Shown here one piece after another: positions 38,149 through 50,295 of a stretch of DNA of 64,000 nt. The position numbers were made by a program, and so were the translations under genes. Numbering within the stretch: position 1 is the stretch's first letter; each line of letters opens with the position of its first letter. The notes under the pieces were generated by a model. It saw nothing but the letters and a program-made list of their open reading frames with translations. It was not told where the DNA came from and searched no databases. This stretch comes from Chiloscyllium plagiosum (taxonomy: Eukaryota), in contig NC_057750.1 of NCBI RefSeq assembly GCF_004010195.1, positions 6,784,554-6,848,553 of the forward strand. The letters run 5' to 3'.

Positions 38149-38647
38149 CCTGACTCTGCAGAGTGCCAGAATATTCAGAGGGTGGGAAAAGTAGTGATAT
38201 GATAATCATGACATTTAAAAGCAAATAGGTCACCTACAAATGTGACTTAAAAATGTTTAATAATTCCTTTCCCCTCCCTCTGCTTAAAAGTAAATCCACC
38301 TTCAAAACAGACAGACTGAGATGATGCGGAGGGGAGTGAGCGAGATTAATAGAATAAAAAGGCACTGAATTAATTGAGCGCACACATTAATGCGAAGCGA
38401 GATTACTGGACTGTCACAGGCTGCTGATAGCCATTAATTTTGCTATATTAAAACCACAGCAGAAAGCCATAGGTTGATAGAATTCTTTGAGAGAGAACTT
38501 TCAGGAAGAATCGGAGCTCAGTAAGTAGAATTCACATGGTTCTCTCTCGCTCTCTCTCGAAGCCAGAGATGAATTTGTTGATTCTCAAATTAGCAAACCA
38601 TGAGTTTTCTGAAAAAACAAGGCAAATAGCAAAAAACCAAAGACAGT

Positions 38648-38950
38648 AGGGCGATACGGTGGCTCAATGGTCAGCACTGCTGCCTCACAGTACCAGGGTC
38701 CCAGGTTCAATTCCACCCTCGGGCGACTGTCTGTGTGGAGTTTGCACATTCTCCCAGTGTCTGCGTGGGTTTTTTCCGGGTGCTCCAGTTTCCTCCCACA
38801 GTCCAAAGATGTGCAGGTTAGGGTGGATTGGCCGTGCTAAATCGCACATTAGTCAGAGGGAAATGGGTCTGAGTGGGTTACTCTTCGGAGGGTCAGTGTG
38901 GACTGGTTGGGCCGAAGAGCCAGTTTCCACGCTGTAGGGAATCTAATATA
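38648..38950 (+). mobile_element. HE1 SINE
   Basis: Head, V-domain and tail. Confidence 0.88.
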
Positions 38951-40002
38951 ATCCTACTGAACTGACCAATGGCCAAGGGCTATGCACTGAAGCAGAGACA
39001 GCTGCTGCCATGTCACAGTGGGGACAGACCACTGTCTGAGGTCTTCCTGCTGCAAGTAAATGGGGGTCCGTTCAGTTATTGGACCCTCATGGTGCCCTCA
39101 TTAAAGTCCTGCATGTGTAAGAGATGACTTTAGTCTGTTGGGATAGAGTCAAACTCGAACGGTTTGTTGGATATGCTACTGCATTCGTGATTGTGTACGT
39201 ACACAGAGATTTGTTTTAGGAATATCTGAAATTTAAAGAAAAGCCAAGGGCTACTTTGTGCTGTTTTTACAGACAAAAGAAATGGCAGGCAGCAGGAAAC
39301 TGGGATTTAAAAAAAGGGTTATTCTGACCAGATCCAGAAAGAAATAGGAGCTGGCCCACTCTCCTTCAGTCAGCTCTGCCATTTTTAACTCAGTCATGAC
39401 CGATCCAGTTCAGTGCTATTTCAGAATCCCTACAGTGTGGAAACAGGCCATTTGGCCCAACAAGTCCACACCAACCCTCCAAAGGGTATCCCACCCACAA
39501 CTCTACATTTACCCCTGACTCGCACACCTAACATGCACATCTTTGGACACTATGGGAAAATTTAGCATGGCCAATCCACTCTAACCTTGTTGTGGAAGAA
39601 TCACTCAATGTTCTATAAAAGAATTACTAGGAGACACAGAAAATCCTTCATGAACTTAAACTTTAATCTTGCAAAATCAAAGCTGTGGGAGCCAGCAAAA
39701 GGTCTTCCCTGACTCGCCCCAAGCTTTGTTCTTCCCCTGGTTATATAATTGTTGGTCCCGAGCTTATCTGATAACGTTAGCATAGCCAACCATGCTGGCA
39801 TGCCTTATCTTTCTAAAGAAATCATCTATCGCACTGGTTCCCTCCATCACACTACAAACACCAGCATTAGGTCATCTACCAGTGAATTAACTAGCCTAAC
39901 ACAATGCACCACCATTATCTGGTGCTAGAGCCCTGTAACATGAGCTCAGGCACACACTGCAACACTAAGTTAATGACATAACTGTCAGAGTAACTTCCAT
40001 AA

Positions 40003-40150
40003 CCTGGACCTGCTTGGACTGTGGGAGGAAACCCACGCAGACACAGGGAGAATGTGCAAACTCCACAAAGACAGTTGCCTGAGGGTGGAATCGAACCTGG
40101 GCCCCTGGCGCTGTGAAGCAGCAGTGCTAACCACTGAGCCACGGTGCTGC
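40003..40150 (-). mobile_element. HE1 SINE head and V-domain (a tail fragment lies at 39422-39587)
   Basis: Reverse complement of the HE1 5' half. Confidence 0.85.
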
Positions 40151-41100
40151 ACATTTTCTCACACTAAACTCCATACCCTTTGATGGTTTTTAAATGTCAA
40201 CAAAAAGAATTTTGAATATTTTCAGCAACTGAAGCACATTTTTTGTTAAAGACTAAGCGAATTGCAGGAGGATGAGGGGATTGGGGGACGTTTTTCCGCC
40301 CCCTAGTCTTCCAGCTGATGTTACGAAAGTGAACTGCACTGACCGGGAGGGTAGTTGCAGCAAGAGCCCGCAATCTTTTTTCAAAAGGAAAATGGAAAAC
40401 CAGGTATCGTAACATTCATGGATCGAGTGCAGGAAAGTGGGACTGGTGTAGACTTACAGCAATTTGTGTCACGGCAGATTTCCTGGGGCTGAAGGGCCTT
40501 TTCTGTACTGCCACAATTCTGTAACTATTTCAGTGAATTCCAGTGGAGCCTGTGAAATTTTCCAGTTTGAAAATAAAAGAGACTTGCAAAGAGTCCCAGG
40601 CATTAGGGGACATAGCAGTATTTTCCATTTTTCCCAGGCAATTCCCCCCGAATCTGCTAGGCAGGGGTTCTGCAGAGCACAGAGACACAGAGAGACACAG
40701 ACACAGAGACACAGATACACGCCCCTCCCATTGACACTGGACAAATGACTGCCTGGCCGTTAGGAAAATCGGGGGGCAAAATTTAACTTCAGGGCCCAAT
40801 AGGACTCTTCTTTGTAAGAGAGGATTCTTGAACTTGCAAAAGAGGGAAAAGGATTCTAAAAACTAAAAGGTGATAGTTGGGGGGGGGGGAAGGGAATAAA
40901 AAAGGGACTTAGCTGTTGGATCAGTACCAGTGAGCAGAGAGCATACTGGAGGACAGTATGAGGAGAGGTTGATCTGGATGATGAAGGTCAATGAACAAAT
41001 GTGGATGAGCTACAGAGGAGCGAGAGCTAACAGGGTAACAAGAGGCAGCAACTGCATATCGAGGGAGACCACTAGGTACCAATGTTCACTCTACACTTAC

Positions 41101-41231
41101 CCGAGGGTGCAAGCACGGATAGGAAAACAAATTCACTTTCCCAAAGTCATCTGCTGTGACAAGGAGTTGATCATCGGACGACCTGCAAATGGCATTGATA
41201 TCAGTCCCGTCAGCTCCCTCTGGCCAGACAC
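41101..41231 (-). CDS. EML2: EML2-like exon 10: (G)VWPEGADGTDINAICRSSDDQLLVTADDFGKVNLFSYPCLHPR
   Basis: Acceptor tttttcccag and donor CGG|gtaagt, 131 nt. DGTDINA and DDFGKV motifs. Confidence 0.92.
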
Positions 41232-41276
41232 CTGGGAAAAATAAAACCAGGAATGAGCTGGGCACAATGCCCACTA

Positions 41277-41710
41277 GGGGGAGGCAATGGGCTAGTGGTA
41301 TGTTCACTGGACTATTAACCCAGGGACCCAGGTAATGTGCTGAGGAGCATGTTATTGCAGAAACTGGAATCTGTACAGGAAACAACAAATGCTGGATCTC
41401 ACAGCGGGTCAGCCACCATCCATGAGAGAGAGAGCACGCTAATGCTTGGAGTCTAGATGACTCTTTAGAGCTAATGTTCTGAGGACCCAGGTTTAAATCC
41501 CACTGTGGCAGACAGAGGAATCGGAATTCAATTAAAAATCTGGAATTAAAGAGTCTAGTGATGACCATGAAGCAGTTATGATGCTGGAAAAACTCACCTG
41601 GTTCATTAAATGCCCTTTAGGGAAGGAAACTGCCATCCTTACCTGATCTGGCCTACATGTGACTCCAGACCCACAGCAATGGGGGTGACTCAATTACCCA
41701 CTGGGCAATA
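41277..41710 (+). mobile_element. SINE family B with a nested PLE-like insert (41347-41471)
   Basis: 14-bp TSD taatgt(g/t)ctgagga at 41333-41346 and 41472-41485. Confidence 0.75.
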
Positions 41711-42527
41711 GAGTGGAGGAAACTTATTTAAAGTTGGTTTCTTGGCATCAATATGTGGCTACTGCTTTCCTCTGGTAACCACTTTGCAGTTTTAAAAAAA
41801 TCTATATTGACTGCTGCTGGTCTGGAGAGAAGTCCTTAAGCAGGTTTGCCATTTTTAAGACAAGGCGCTATCCCGTGAAGGAATAATAAACACACTCTGG
41901 GATGAGATGTACACGTGTGACCAGTTTAACCACCACATTTCACACCAGCATGCACAATTAAAATACCTAGAGCAGCTACGAAGAGCGAGCAAACATCACC
42001 CTTGCTATTTACATGGCTCTGCCCTGTCCTTCCATGGGAGATTGAGGGGTTTCCTATACACCGGTTTCTGCTGCTGCTGCTGTCCATTTGTCACTCTCGC
42101 GCCCTCTGTTTGGACATGCCCTGGCACTTTTTGACTGGCTGTTTGGAAATGGCACAACATTCCCCAATCCCCCCACTCCCCAAAACCAAACACCTTGCCA
42201 ATCAGGCTATCGCAATGCAGCAATCTCAGGTTCCCCCTTTCTTGTACAGAGTTGCTCAGCTGCAAGTTCTACAAAGGAAGGCAGATCCCATGTTCTAGTG
42301 CCGGATACAGTTAACAGAAATTTATTTACCAAGTGGTGGCCAATCCCTTGTATATGGTTGGTGCCTTGTTTTCAAGCAACACAAGTTTAAAGACTTCTCA
42401 TAAGACAAACAGCAATCAATATATTAAAAAAACAAAGTGGTTACCCAAGGAAGGCAACAGCCATACACATTGATGACAGGAAGCCAACTTTGAGTGGCTA
42501 CCCCTCTAATGCCATTTCCAAAATGAA

Positions 42528-42827
42528 TGGCGGCAGCACGGTGGCACAGTGGTTAGCGCTGCTGCATCAACGCCAGAGACCCGGGTTCAATTCCTGCCTC
42601 AGGCGATTCAGTGTGGAGTTTGCACATTCTCCCCGTGTCTGCGTGGGTTTCCTCTGGTTTTCTCCCACAATCCAAAAATGTGCAGGTCAGGTGAATTGGC
42701 CATGCTAAATTGCCTGTAGTGTTAGGTGAAAGGGTAAATGTAGGGGAATGGGTCTGGGTGGGTGGCGGGTCGGTGTGGACTTGTTGGGCCGAAGGGCCTG
42801 TTTCCACACTATAAGTAATCTAATCTA
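42528..42827 (+). mobile_element. HE1 SINE
   Basis: Head, V-domain and (AATCT)n tail. Confidence 0.9.
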
Positions 42828-42895
42828 AAATATCATTGTACTGATAATATAGGACTTGGATAAGGGGAGGAGCCAGGCTTCAATTTAATACTCAC

Positions 42896-42988
42896 CAAAG
42901 ACCTGGAAGGACAGTACACAGGAAGAAGTTGCCCACTCCAAATCCCGCACCACATCCATGCTCGTCACCTGTTTACAGTTAGGAGTCC
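42896..42988 (-). CDS. EML2: EML2-like exon 9: (W)TPNCKQVTSMDVVRDLEWATSSCVLSFQVF(G)
   Basis: Acceptor ccctccaatag and donor TTG|gtgagt, 93 nt, phase 1-1. Confidence 0.87.
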
Positions 42989-43761
42989 CTATTGGAGGGA
43001 AGGAAGGGTTAGAGACGTCACTTAGAGACACAAGCCTTAGAGAAAGGAAGAAACAGAATCACAAAAATCAGAACACGGGCTACAGCAGAAAGGTTTTAAC
43101 TTTTTCCTGAGAGGGATCTAAGAATTAGCCAAGCATTACAAGTGAGTCTGAAGTAGGATGAAACTTTTCTCTAAACTCCATCAAAAAGCAGGTACAAGGA
43201 ATATGGAGTTAGGTGACAAAATCAGCCAGGGTTGCTTTTGACCGGTGAGACAGGACTGAGGGGACAAATGGGATTCTACTCAGAATATACAAACTAGTAC
43301 ACTCGCTCCTCACCATCCACAAATTCACTGCCCTCCCCATTCACTCGTCTAATCTGACCATGTTGGCCTTCACTGTCGATAGGAGAGTTACAGTGTACCA
43401 GTATTCACGGTTGGTAGTCATTGTGTTGCCATAGTCTTACCAGACCATTAGAGAGAAGCGACAGGTGACGATTTAACCTGAGGGCCACAGGAGCTCAGCT
43501 GAGGGAAGGGGTTGAGAAGCAGAGTCCTTCACGGTAACATAAAACCAGTGATGGGAATTGAACCCATGCTGTTGGCATCACCCTGCTCAGCAAACTGAGA
43601 ACCAAGCCAACTGAGCTAAACAGATTCCCAAGTTTGGTGGCATCCATGGGAGATCTAAAGCTCCTCCGTCCCACGGATAACAAGGATTTGGTGCAAAAGG
43701 GAGTTTTGTGTCAGTGTTGACCCAATTTCCAAATAGATAGCGACAGATTAAATATAGTTCG

Positions 43762-43995
43762 GAAACACAAATTGCTGGAGAAACTCGGCAGGTCTGGCAA
43801 CAGAAAGCAAAGTCAAACGTTTCTGGTCCTAAAACTCTTCATCTCGCTTGACATTTTAACAAAAGTTTCTGATGAAGGGTCACTGGACAGGAATCATTTA
43901 TTCTGCTTTCTCTGCCCCCAGACTGGCTGAGTTTCTCCAGCAATTTCAGTTTTTGTTTCAGATTTCCAACATCCACAGTTCTTTGTATTTTATTT
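43762..43995. mobile_element. Degenerate P3-like fold-back element
   Basis: aattgctggagaaactcggcaggtctgg / ccagactggctgagtttctccagcaatt; ctgatgaagggtcactggac remnant. Confidence 0.65.
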
Positions 43996-44299
43996 TAAAC
44001 TATGGTTCTAAAAACGGTTTATTATTTTATTATAAAATCAAGATCAAAGAGTTACAAATGTTAATGCTAAAATTTGAAAAAAGTAGGCCAATCAGCCCCT
44101 TGAGGTGTTCCACCATAGATCATATAGTGGCCCCAATTTCACTTTCTGGTCTAATCCAAAATCCTGTGACCCCCTTACGGCCGAGATTCTCTCCCCGCCT
44201 TAGGGGATATTTAGTGACCTGGTCTCTACCACTCAGTCACGAGTTCAGCATGTTTCCCTTAATTTCTTGTCCCAACTCCTATACTCAAAAGGCTATCAT

Positions 44300-44868
44300 G
44301 TTGATGTTTTAGAGAGGACATTGTTCCAGAAGAGGCCTCATCATTGTGTCCAGTTCTGGTCACCCTGTTATAGGAAGGATATTAAGCTGAAGAGAGTTAC
44401 CAGGTCATTGCTGGGAATGGAGGGCTTGAGTTATAAAGAAAGACTGGGACTTTTTTCACTGGCGTGTAGGAGGTTGAGGAGTGACCTTAAAAGTTTAAAA
44501 TCATAAGGGGTATGGACAGAGTTAATGATGGTTATCTTTTCCCTAGAATGGTGGGGAGGGGGGGGGGGGAAACTTCAAGACTCATGGACATATCGAGGGG
44601 AGAGAAGAGGGAGAGATTTAAGAAAATACATGAGGGGCAATTTTTTTCTTCTTTAAGAGGGTGGTTTGCATGTAGAGTGAACCTCCTGAGGAAGTGGTAG
44701 ATGTGGGTACAACTACAACGTTTAAATGCCACTTGGATAAGTACATGAAGAGGAAAGGTTTGGAGGGATATGGGCCAGGAGCAGGCAGGTGGGACTAGTT
44801 TAGTTCGAGATTACGTATGGAATGGACTGATTGGACCAAAGGGTCTGTTTCCGTACTGTATGAGTCGT
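44300..44868 (+). mobile_element. CR1 3' end
   Basis: [26 protein letters not shown]. Confidence 0.8.
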
Positions 44869-45232
44869 GAGAACTTTCTTACCCAAGATATTTCTCAATT
44901 TGTCTGAAATGGAAGCCCCCTCATTTGTAAACATGTACTAACCTCTCCCAAAAAAGGGGAACAGCCTACCAGCATCTACTCTGTCAAGTTTCCCTCAGGA
45001 CTTTACATATTTCATTTGGATCACCTCTTATTCCTCTCCATTCCAGTGGATACAGGCTCAGACACAAGCTGTACAACCTCCCCACACAAATAATTCCTCC
45101 TTCCTCAGGGATCCATCAACTGAACCTCCTTAGAACTGTTTCTAAAGCAATTATGTTCTTTTTATTAATAATGAGACCAAAATTGTACACATTACTCTAG
45201 ATATGGTCTCACCAATGTGCAGTTCAACGGTG

Positions 45233-45803
45233 TCAAGGAGTGTGGTACTGGAAAAGCACAGCAGGTCAGGCAGCGTCCGAGCAGCAGGAGAGTCGACGTT
45301 TCAGGCATAAGCCCTTCATCAGGAATGAGGGGATGGCCCAAGGAGGCTGAGAGATAAATGGAGGGGGGTTGTGGTGGTGGTTGTGGTGTTGGAGGGAAGC
45401 TAGCTGAGGAGGTGATAGGTCAGAGGCGGAGGGTGGAACAGAGGTGGGAAGGAAGGTAGACAGGTAGGACAATGCAAAAGGGTGGTGCCTAGTTGGCAGG
45501 TTGGATCTGGGATAAGGGTGAGGGGAGAGGAGGGGAGGGGAGATGAGGAAACTGATGAAGTCCACATTGATCCCATGTGGTTGGAGGGTCCCAAGGTGGA
45601 AAGTGAGGCGTTCTTCCTCCAGGTGTTGGGTGGCTAGAGTTTGGCAGTGGAGGTGGCCCAAGACTTGCATGTCCTTGGCGGAGTGGGAGGGGGAGTTAGT
45701 TTTTGGCCACAGGGCAGTGGATGTCCCAGAGATGTTCTGAAATGTTCCACGAACAGGCGTCCTGTCTCCCCAATGTAGAGACAACCACATCGAGAGCAAC
45801 TGG
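45233..45803 (-). mobile_element. P2-family Penelope-like element 3' end: GIY-YIG C-terminus, UTR and hammerhead core (45295-45322)
   Basis: NSPSHSAKDMQVLG..LEEERLTFHLGTLQPHGINVDF followed by CTGATGA-A-GGGC-TTAT-GCCT-GAAA-CGTC. Confidence 0.85.
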
Positions 45804-45993
45804 ACACACTAATAGTGGCAAAACATCCCCGCTCTACAGTTTATCCCCCTCACAAAAAACAGCATGCTAGGAAGGAGTCACGCACTCAACATAGTTACCA
45901 TCTGAATAAGAGACCAGACATTTGTGAAGACTTTCCCCAGGTTTAAGTAGCATCTGCAGAATTTGACAACAATGTTAGAGACTCTATACTCAC

Positions 45994-46081
45994 AGAAGAG
46001 GACCTCATAGTCTCCAGAGTTTGTGACTATGTAGCGACTGTCAGTCGACCAGTCCAGATGTGTTAGAAAACTCGAGTGTCC
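45994..46081 (-). CDS. EML2: EML2-like exon 8: GHSSFLTHLDWSTDSRYIVTNSGDYEVLF(W)
   Basis: Acceptor tattctggtatag and donor CT|gtgagt, 88 nt. GHSSFxTHLDW and NSGDYE motifs. Confidence 0.9.
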
Positions 46082-46217
46082 CTATACCAGAATAAAAGAA
46101 ATTCTTTGGTTAGGAATCAAAGATAGATTTCCACAGCCCTCCTCTGGAAAGAGAGCAGCAAAAATATGGGAATAAAACAGGGAATGCTGGGAAATTACAC
46201 AGCTGCTGCCAGACCTA

Positions 46218-46586
46218 CAGAGAGAGAGACACAGAGAGAGAGAGACAGAGAGAGAGACACAGAGACACAGAGACACAGAGACACAGAGACACAGAGNNNN
46301 NNNNNNNNNNNNNNNNNNNNNNNNNNNNNNNNNNNNNNNNNNNNNNNNNNNNNNNNNNNNNNNNNNNNNNNNNNNNNNNNNNNNNNNNNNNNNNNNNNNN
46401 NNNNNNNNNNNNNNNNNNNNNNNNNNNNNNNNNNNNNNNNNNNNNNNNNNNNNNNNNNNNNNNNNNNNNNNNNNNNNNNNNNNNNNNNNNNNNNNNNNNN
46501 NNNNNNNNNNNNCACAGAGAGAGAGACACACAGAGAGAGAGAGAGACACACAGAGAGAGACACAGAGAGAGAGAGACACAGAGACA
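46218..46586. repeat. (AG)n/(AGAC)n microsatellite spanning gap 46297-46512
   Basis: Read directly from the sequence. Confidence 0.95.
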
Positions 46587-46756
46587 CGAGTTAACATTAA
46601 GTACAATATGACACTTCTTCAGAATTCAGAACATTTATGGCTGTTCTGAAGAACTGGATTCTGGATATTAGTGGGATTAGAATAGATAGTTGCTTGATGA
46701 CTGGTGTGGATATGATGGGCCAAAGGGCTTCATGACAGTAGCTTTAAAACAAAAAC

Positions 46757-46977
46757 TCGAGAGAGAGGGTGTGGTGCTGGAAAAGCACAGCAGGTCAGGC
46801 AGCATCCGATGAGCAGGAGAATCGACTGTTTGGGCATGAGCCCTTCAGCAGTAATGATGAAGAGCTTATGCCTGAAACATCGATTCTCCTGCTCCTTGGA
46901 TGCTGCCTGACCTGCTGTGCTTTTCCAGCACCACACAACTCTGAACACTAGCATCTGCAGTTCTCACTTTCTCCCCA
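46757..46977. mobile_element. P2 fold-back element
   Basis: Inverted arms of about 85 bp with two opposed degenerate hammerhead cores, plus a one-sided tail. Confidence 0.8.
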
Positions 46978-47669
46978 TTAAAAAGAAAGACATTTTCCAG
47001 CCCTTTCTGACCTAGAGAAGAGTCCTGTTTGTCTCTCCACAATTGCAAAGTTTCTCCAGCATTATTTTGTTTTGGGTCCAGATTTCCAGCATCAACAGAA
47101 TTTTGCATTCAGTGAAAATAAAGTTCTGTGTCTCAAACTGCCACCCTTAGTTGCTGGAGATAAACCTTGACAAGCAAGCTAGCAATATGGAGAGACACCA
47201 CATCAACATGTTCAGGCTACCCCAGATCAGGGAAGTAGATTGGGAGAAAGGGCTCAGGCTTGTAACATTCACAGACAATCCAACAAATACAAAAAAAACA
47301 CCAATGTGCAGGAGCGAGGAGGAAGACATGCCCACTCACTTGCGAGGGATTTTAATAAACGGAAGTATTTGGTGTTTTAATGGCAGAGGTAAACCGTCCA
47401 GCCCAGAGATGGGACTTGAACCCAAAGCACCCGGCTCAGAAATGGTGACTCTATGGCAGTACCACCAGGGGCTGCTGCAACTGTACAATAAGCCAAATGG
47501 CTCTCCTCTTAATCTTAACGTTCTCAAAACTGGTCACATGTTGTTTGCAGAACATTAAGGGGGGAAAAGCTGCAGTTTGTTTAGATGCATTGCCAGATGG
47601 TCACTGCAGTTTGATCAGGCATTGACCAGCTCCAGGGTGAGGGTGGGGGTGGGGCACCATTTTACTTAC

Positions 47670-47767
47670 GGAACATCTTCCCACTCGATTGTACTTCCTG
47701 CCATTTTCAGCCACTGTGTACATGTAAACATAGTTGTCGTGCGATCCAATGGCCAGGTAATTGCCAT
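47670..47767 (-). CDS. EML2: EML2-like exon 7: (D)[32 protein letters not shown]
   Basis: Acceptor ctttgtccacag and donor TCC|gtaagt, 98 nt. LAIGSHDN motif. Confidence 0.9.
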
Positions 47768-47789
47768 CTGTGGACAAAGAAAGCAAGAT

Positions 47790-48318
47790 ACACTTGGAAT
47801 ATGGTGTACAGTTCTGGTCCCCATATTTTGGGAAGGATGTGGAAGCTTTGGAAAAGGTGCAGAGGAGATTTACCAGGATGTTGCCTGGTCTGGAGGGAAG
47901 GTCTTATGAGGAAAGGCTGGGAGACTTGAACCTGTTCTCATTGGCAAGAAGGCTAAGAGGGGATTTGATAGAGACATACTAGATGATCAGAGGATTAGAT
48001 AGGGTGGACAGCGAGTCTTTTTCCTAGGATGATGATGTCAGCATGTACGAGGGGACATAACTACAAATTGAGGGGTGATAGATTTAAGACAGATATCAGA
48101 GGCAGGTTCTTTACGCAGAGAGAGTGGTAAGGGCGTGGAATGCATTACCTGCTAATGGAGTTAACTCAGCCACATTAGGGGCATTTAAACAATCCTTGGA
48201 TAAGCACATGGATGATTTTGGGATAGTGTAGGGGGGGACGAGCTGAGAATAGTTCACAGATTGACACAACATCAAGGGCCGAAGGGCCTGTTCTGCGCTG
48301 GATTGTTCCATGTTCTGT
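47790..48318 (+). mobile_element. CR1 3' end inserted about 22 nt from the EML exon 7 acceptor
   Basis: [29 protein letters not shown]; tail present. Confidence 0.85.
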
Positions 48319-48409
48319 GATAAATGAAGATCTTCAGAGTCTGGATGAATGGCTTCAAGCTAGCCAGGGACACAAGGCCTTATCTCCCATCACAAATTGA
48401 CATTTTAGT

Positions 48410-48620
48410 TAGGGTGGCATGGTGGCCCAGTGGTTAGCACTGCTGCCTCACAGTGCCAGAGATCCAGTTCAATTCCAGCTTTGGGTAACTGCCCATGTGG
48501 TGTTTGTACATTCTCCCAGTGTCTGCGTGGGTTTCCTCCGGGTGCTCCAGTTTCCTCCCACAATCCAAAGATGTGCAGGCGAGATGGATTGGCCATGCTA
48601 AATTGCCCCATAGTGTCCAG
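48410..48620 (+). mobile_element. HE1 SINE (5' part)
   Basis: Head and V-domain. Confidence 0.8.
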
Positions 48621-48683
48621 TGATAAGTCCATGAATAAGACATGTTTGGAGGGATATGGGTCAAGGACAGGCAGATGAGATTA

Positions 48684-48825
48684 CAGCGGAACCTCAATTA
48701 TCTGAACAACACAGGAGGGGAATATTTTGTTCAGATAGTAGATTGCCAAATAACAGTTTAGCCAAACGTTGGGACCTTGCAATCTTGTCAGATTATCCGA
48801 ATTTCGGATAATCGAGACTCCTCTG
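48684..48825. mobile_element. Second copy of the Tc1/pogo-like MITE
   Basis: TA-cagcggaacctcaattatctgaa ... ttcggataatcgagactcctctg-TA. Confidence 0.75.
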
Positions 48826-49402
48826 TATTTTAGTCTGGGAAGATGGTGGCTGTGAACTGTTTGGATTGAGGAATCTGCTCTAGTGATGTATGAACATCAG
48901 CCACAATTCTGTTGAATGGCAGAATAAACTCAAGGGGCCCTCTGGCCTACCCCTCTTCCTATTAATATTTTCTATGCAGTACTGAGGGAGTGCCGTACTG
49001 TCAGTCAGAGATACTCTCTTTTCTGAGTATGTTCTGTGCCGTCACCAACATCAACGATAAACACAGTAACACAAACTAAGCAGCCAAGATCAGAAGAAAC
49101 TACACTCAACAGGGTCGGAAGGACGCCATTCAGCCCATTAGACTAAAAGCAAGCAACAACAAAAACAGTACTGTGAAGTTAGTTCTGTAAATTCTCCTAC
49201 TATCCTTTTCAAAATGGTAGACGTTTAAATGGCCAGCCAAACTGATCACATGATTTTAACCAAAATGGATAAGACAGCAGCATTCAATGGGAAGGCGCGA
49301 AAAAATAAAAACCTTCAAATCTGAAACTCGCTTCAGCTAGAATTCTCTGGTTTACCCGGAGTGGACTGGTCAGCTCCAGGCTGCGCCAGAGAGCTCTCGT
49401 AC

Positions 49403-49491
49403 CTGGAGAATAGCTCATCACAGACAGCTTCTCATTCCCATCGGTGTGCACAGTAATGGGATCCTTTGTTTCAGCATCAATTACCATCCAC
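49403..49491 (-). CDS. EML2: EML2-like exon 6: (R)WMVIDAETKDPITVHTDGNEKLSVMSYSP(D)
   Basis: Acceptor ctcctgcag and donor CAG|gtacga, 89 nt. HTDGNE motif. Confidence 0.9.
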
Positions 49492-50084
49492 CTGCAGGAG
49501 ACAAGAGCCAGGGAGAGAGTCACTGTCGATGCTACCACTTGGATGTAATTAAGCGCCCAAAAAAGAGAAAAAAAAAGTTTCCATACAGGAGTGCGGTCAA
49601 ACAAACTTTGAAGCACACAAGGAGAGATAGGACAGGCAATTGAAAGCGTGGCCAAGAGGCGTTTGTGTTAAATAGGAGAGGAGAGAGAAACAGATTTTAA
49701 AAAGGAGTTCTAGAGCTTGGTGCTCCAATAACTGAAAGCCCGGCTGTCAATAGCAGAGCAATTAAAAATCAGGCTACTCACGTGGTTAGAATTAGGGGAA
49801 TCTGGATATTGAAGGGACTGGGAAACATGGATTTTACCCCTCTCCCCCCAATTTAACTCGAGCTTTGCCAGATCAGGAACCAGTGTAGGTCAGTGCAGAA
49901 AAAGTCAATGGGAGCGAGAGCACGTTTGGGTTTGTTGGATAGAGTCAAACTCCCGATGTTTTATTTCTTGTATGGTACTGTACAGAACTGGACTGTGTTT
50001 GTGACTGCTTATACAGAAAATATCTTAAATGTATTTTTGAAATAAATAGGGAAGTAGTAAAAAGCAAAAAAAAAAGTGTAGAAA

Positions 50085-50295
50085 CAAAAATCAGAAATTG
50101 CTGGAAAAGCACAGCAGGTCTGGCAACATCCAGACAGTGAAATCAGAGTTAACGTTTCAGATCGAGTTCTGAGATAGGGTCACCAGACCAGAAACATTAA
50201 GTCCGATTCCTCCCCACGGATGCTGCTAAACGTGCTGAGCATTGCCAGCAATTTTGAGTTTTGTTTCGGATTAACAGCATTTACAGTTCCTTTGG
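50085..50295. mobile_element. P3 fold-back element
   Basis: Inverted arms with a degenerate core. Confidence 0.7.
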
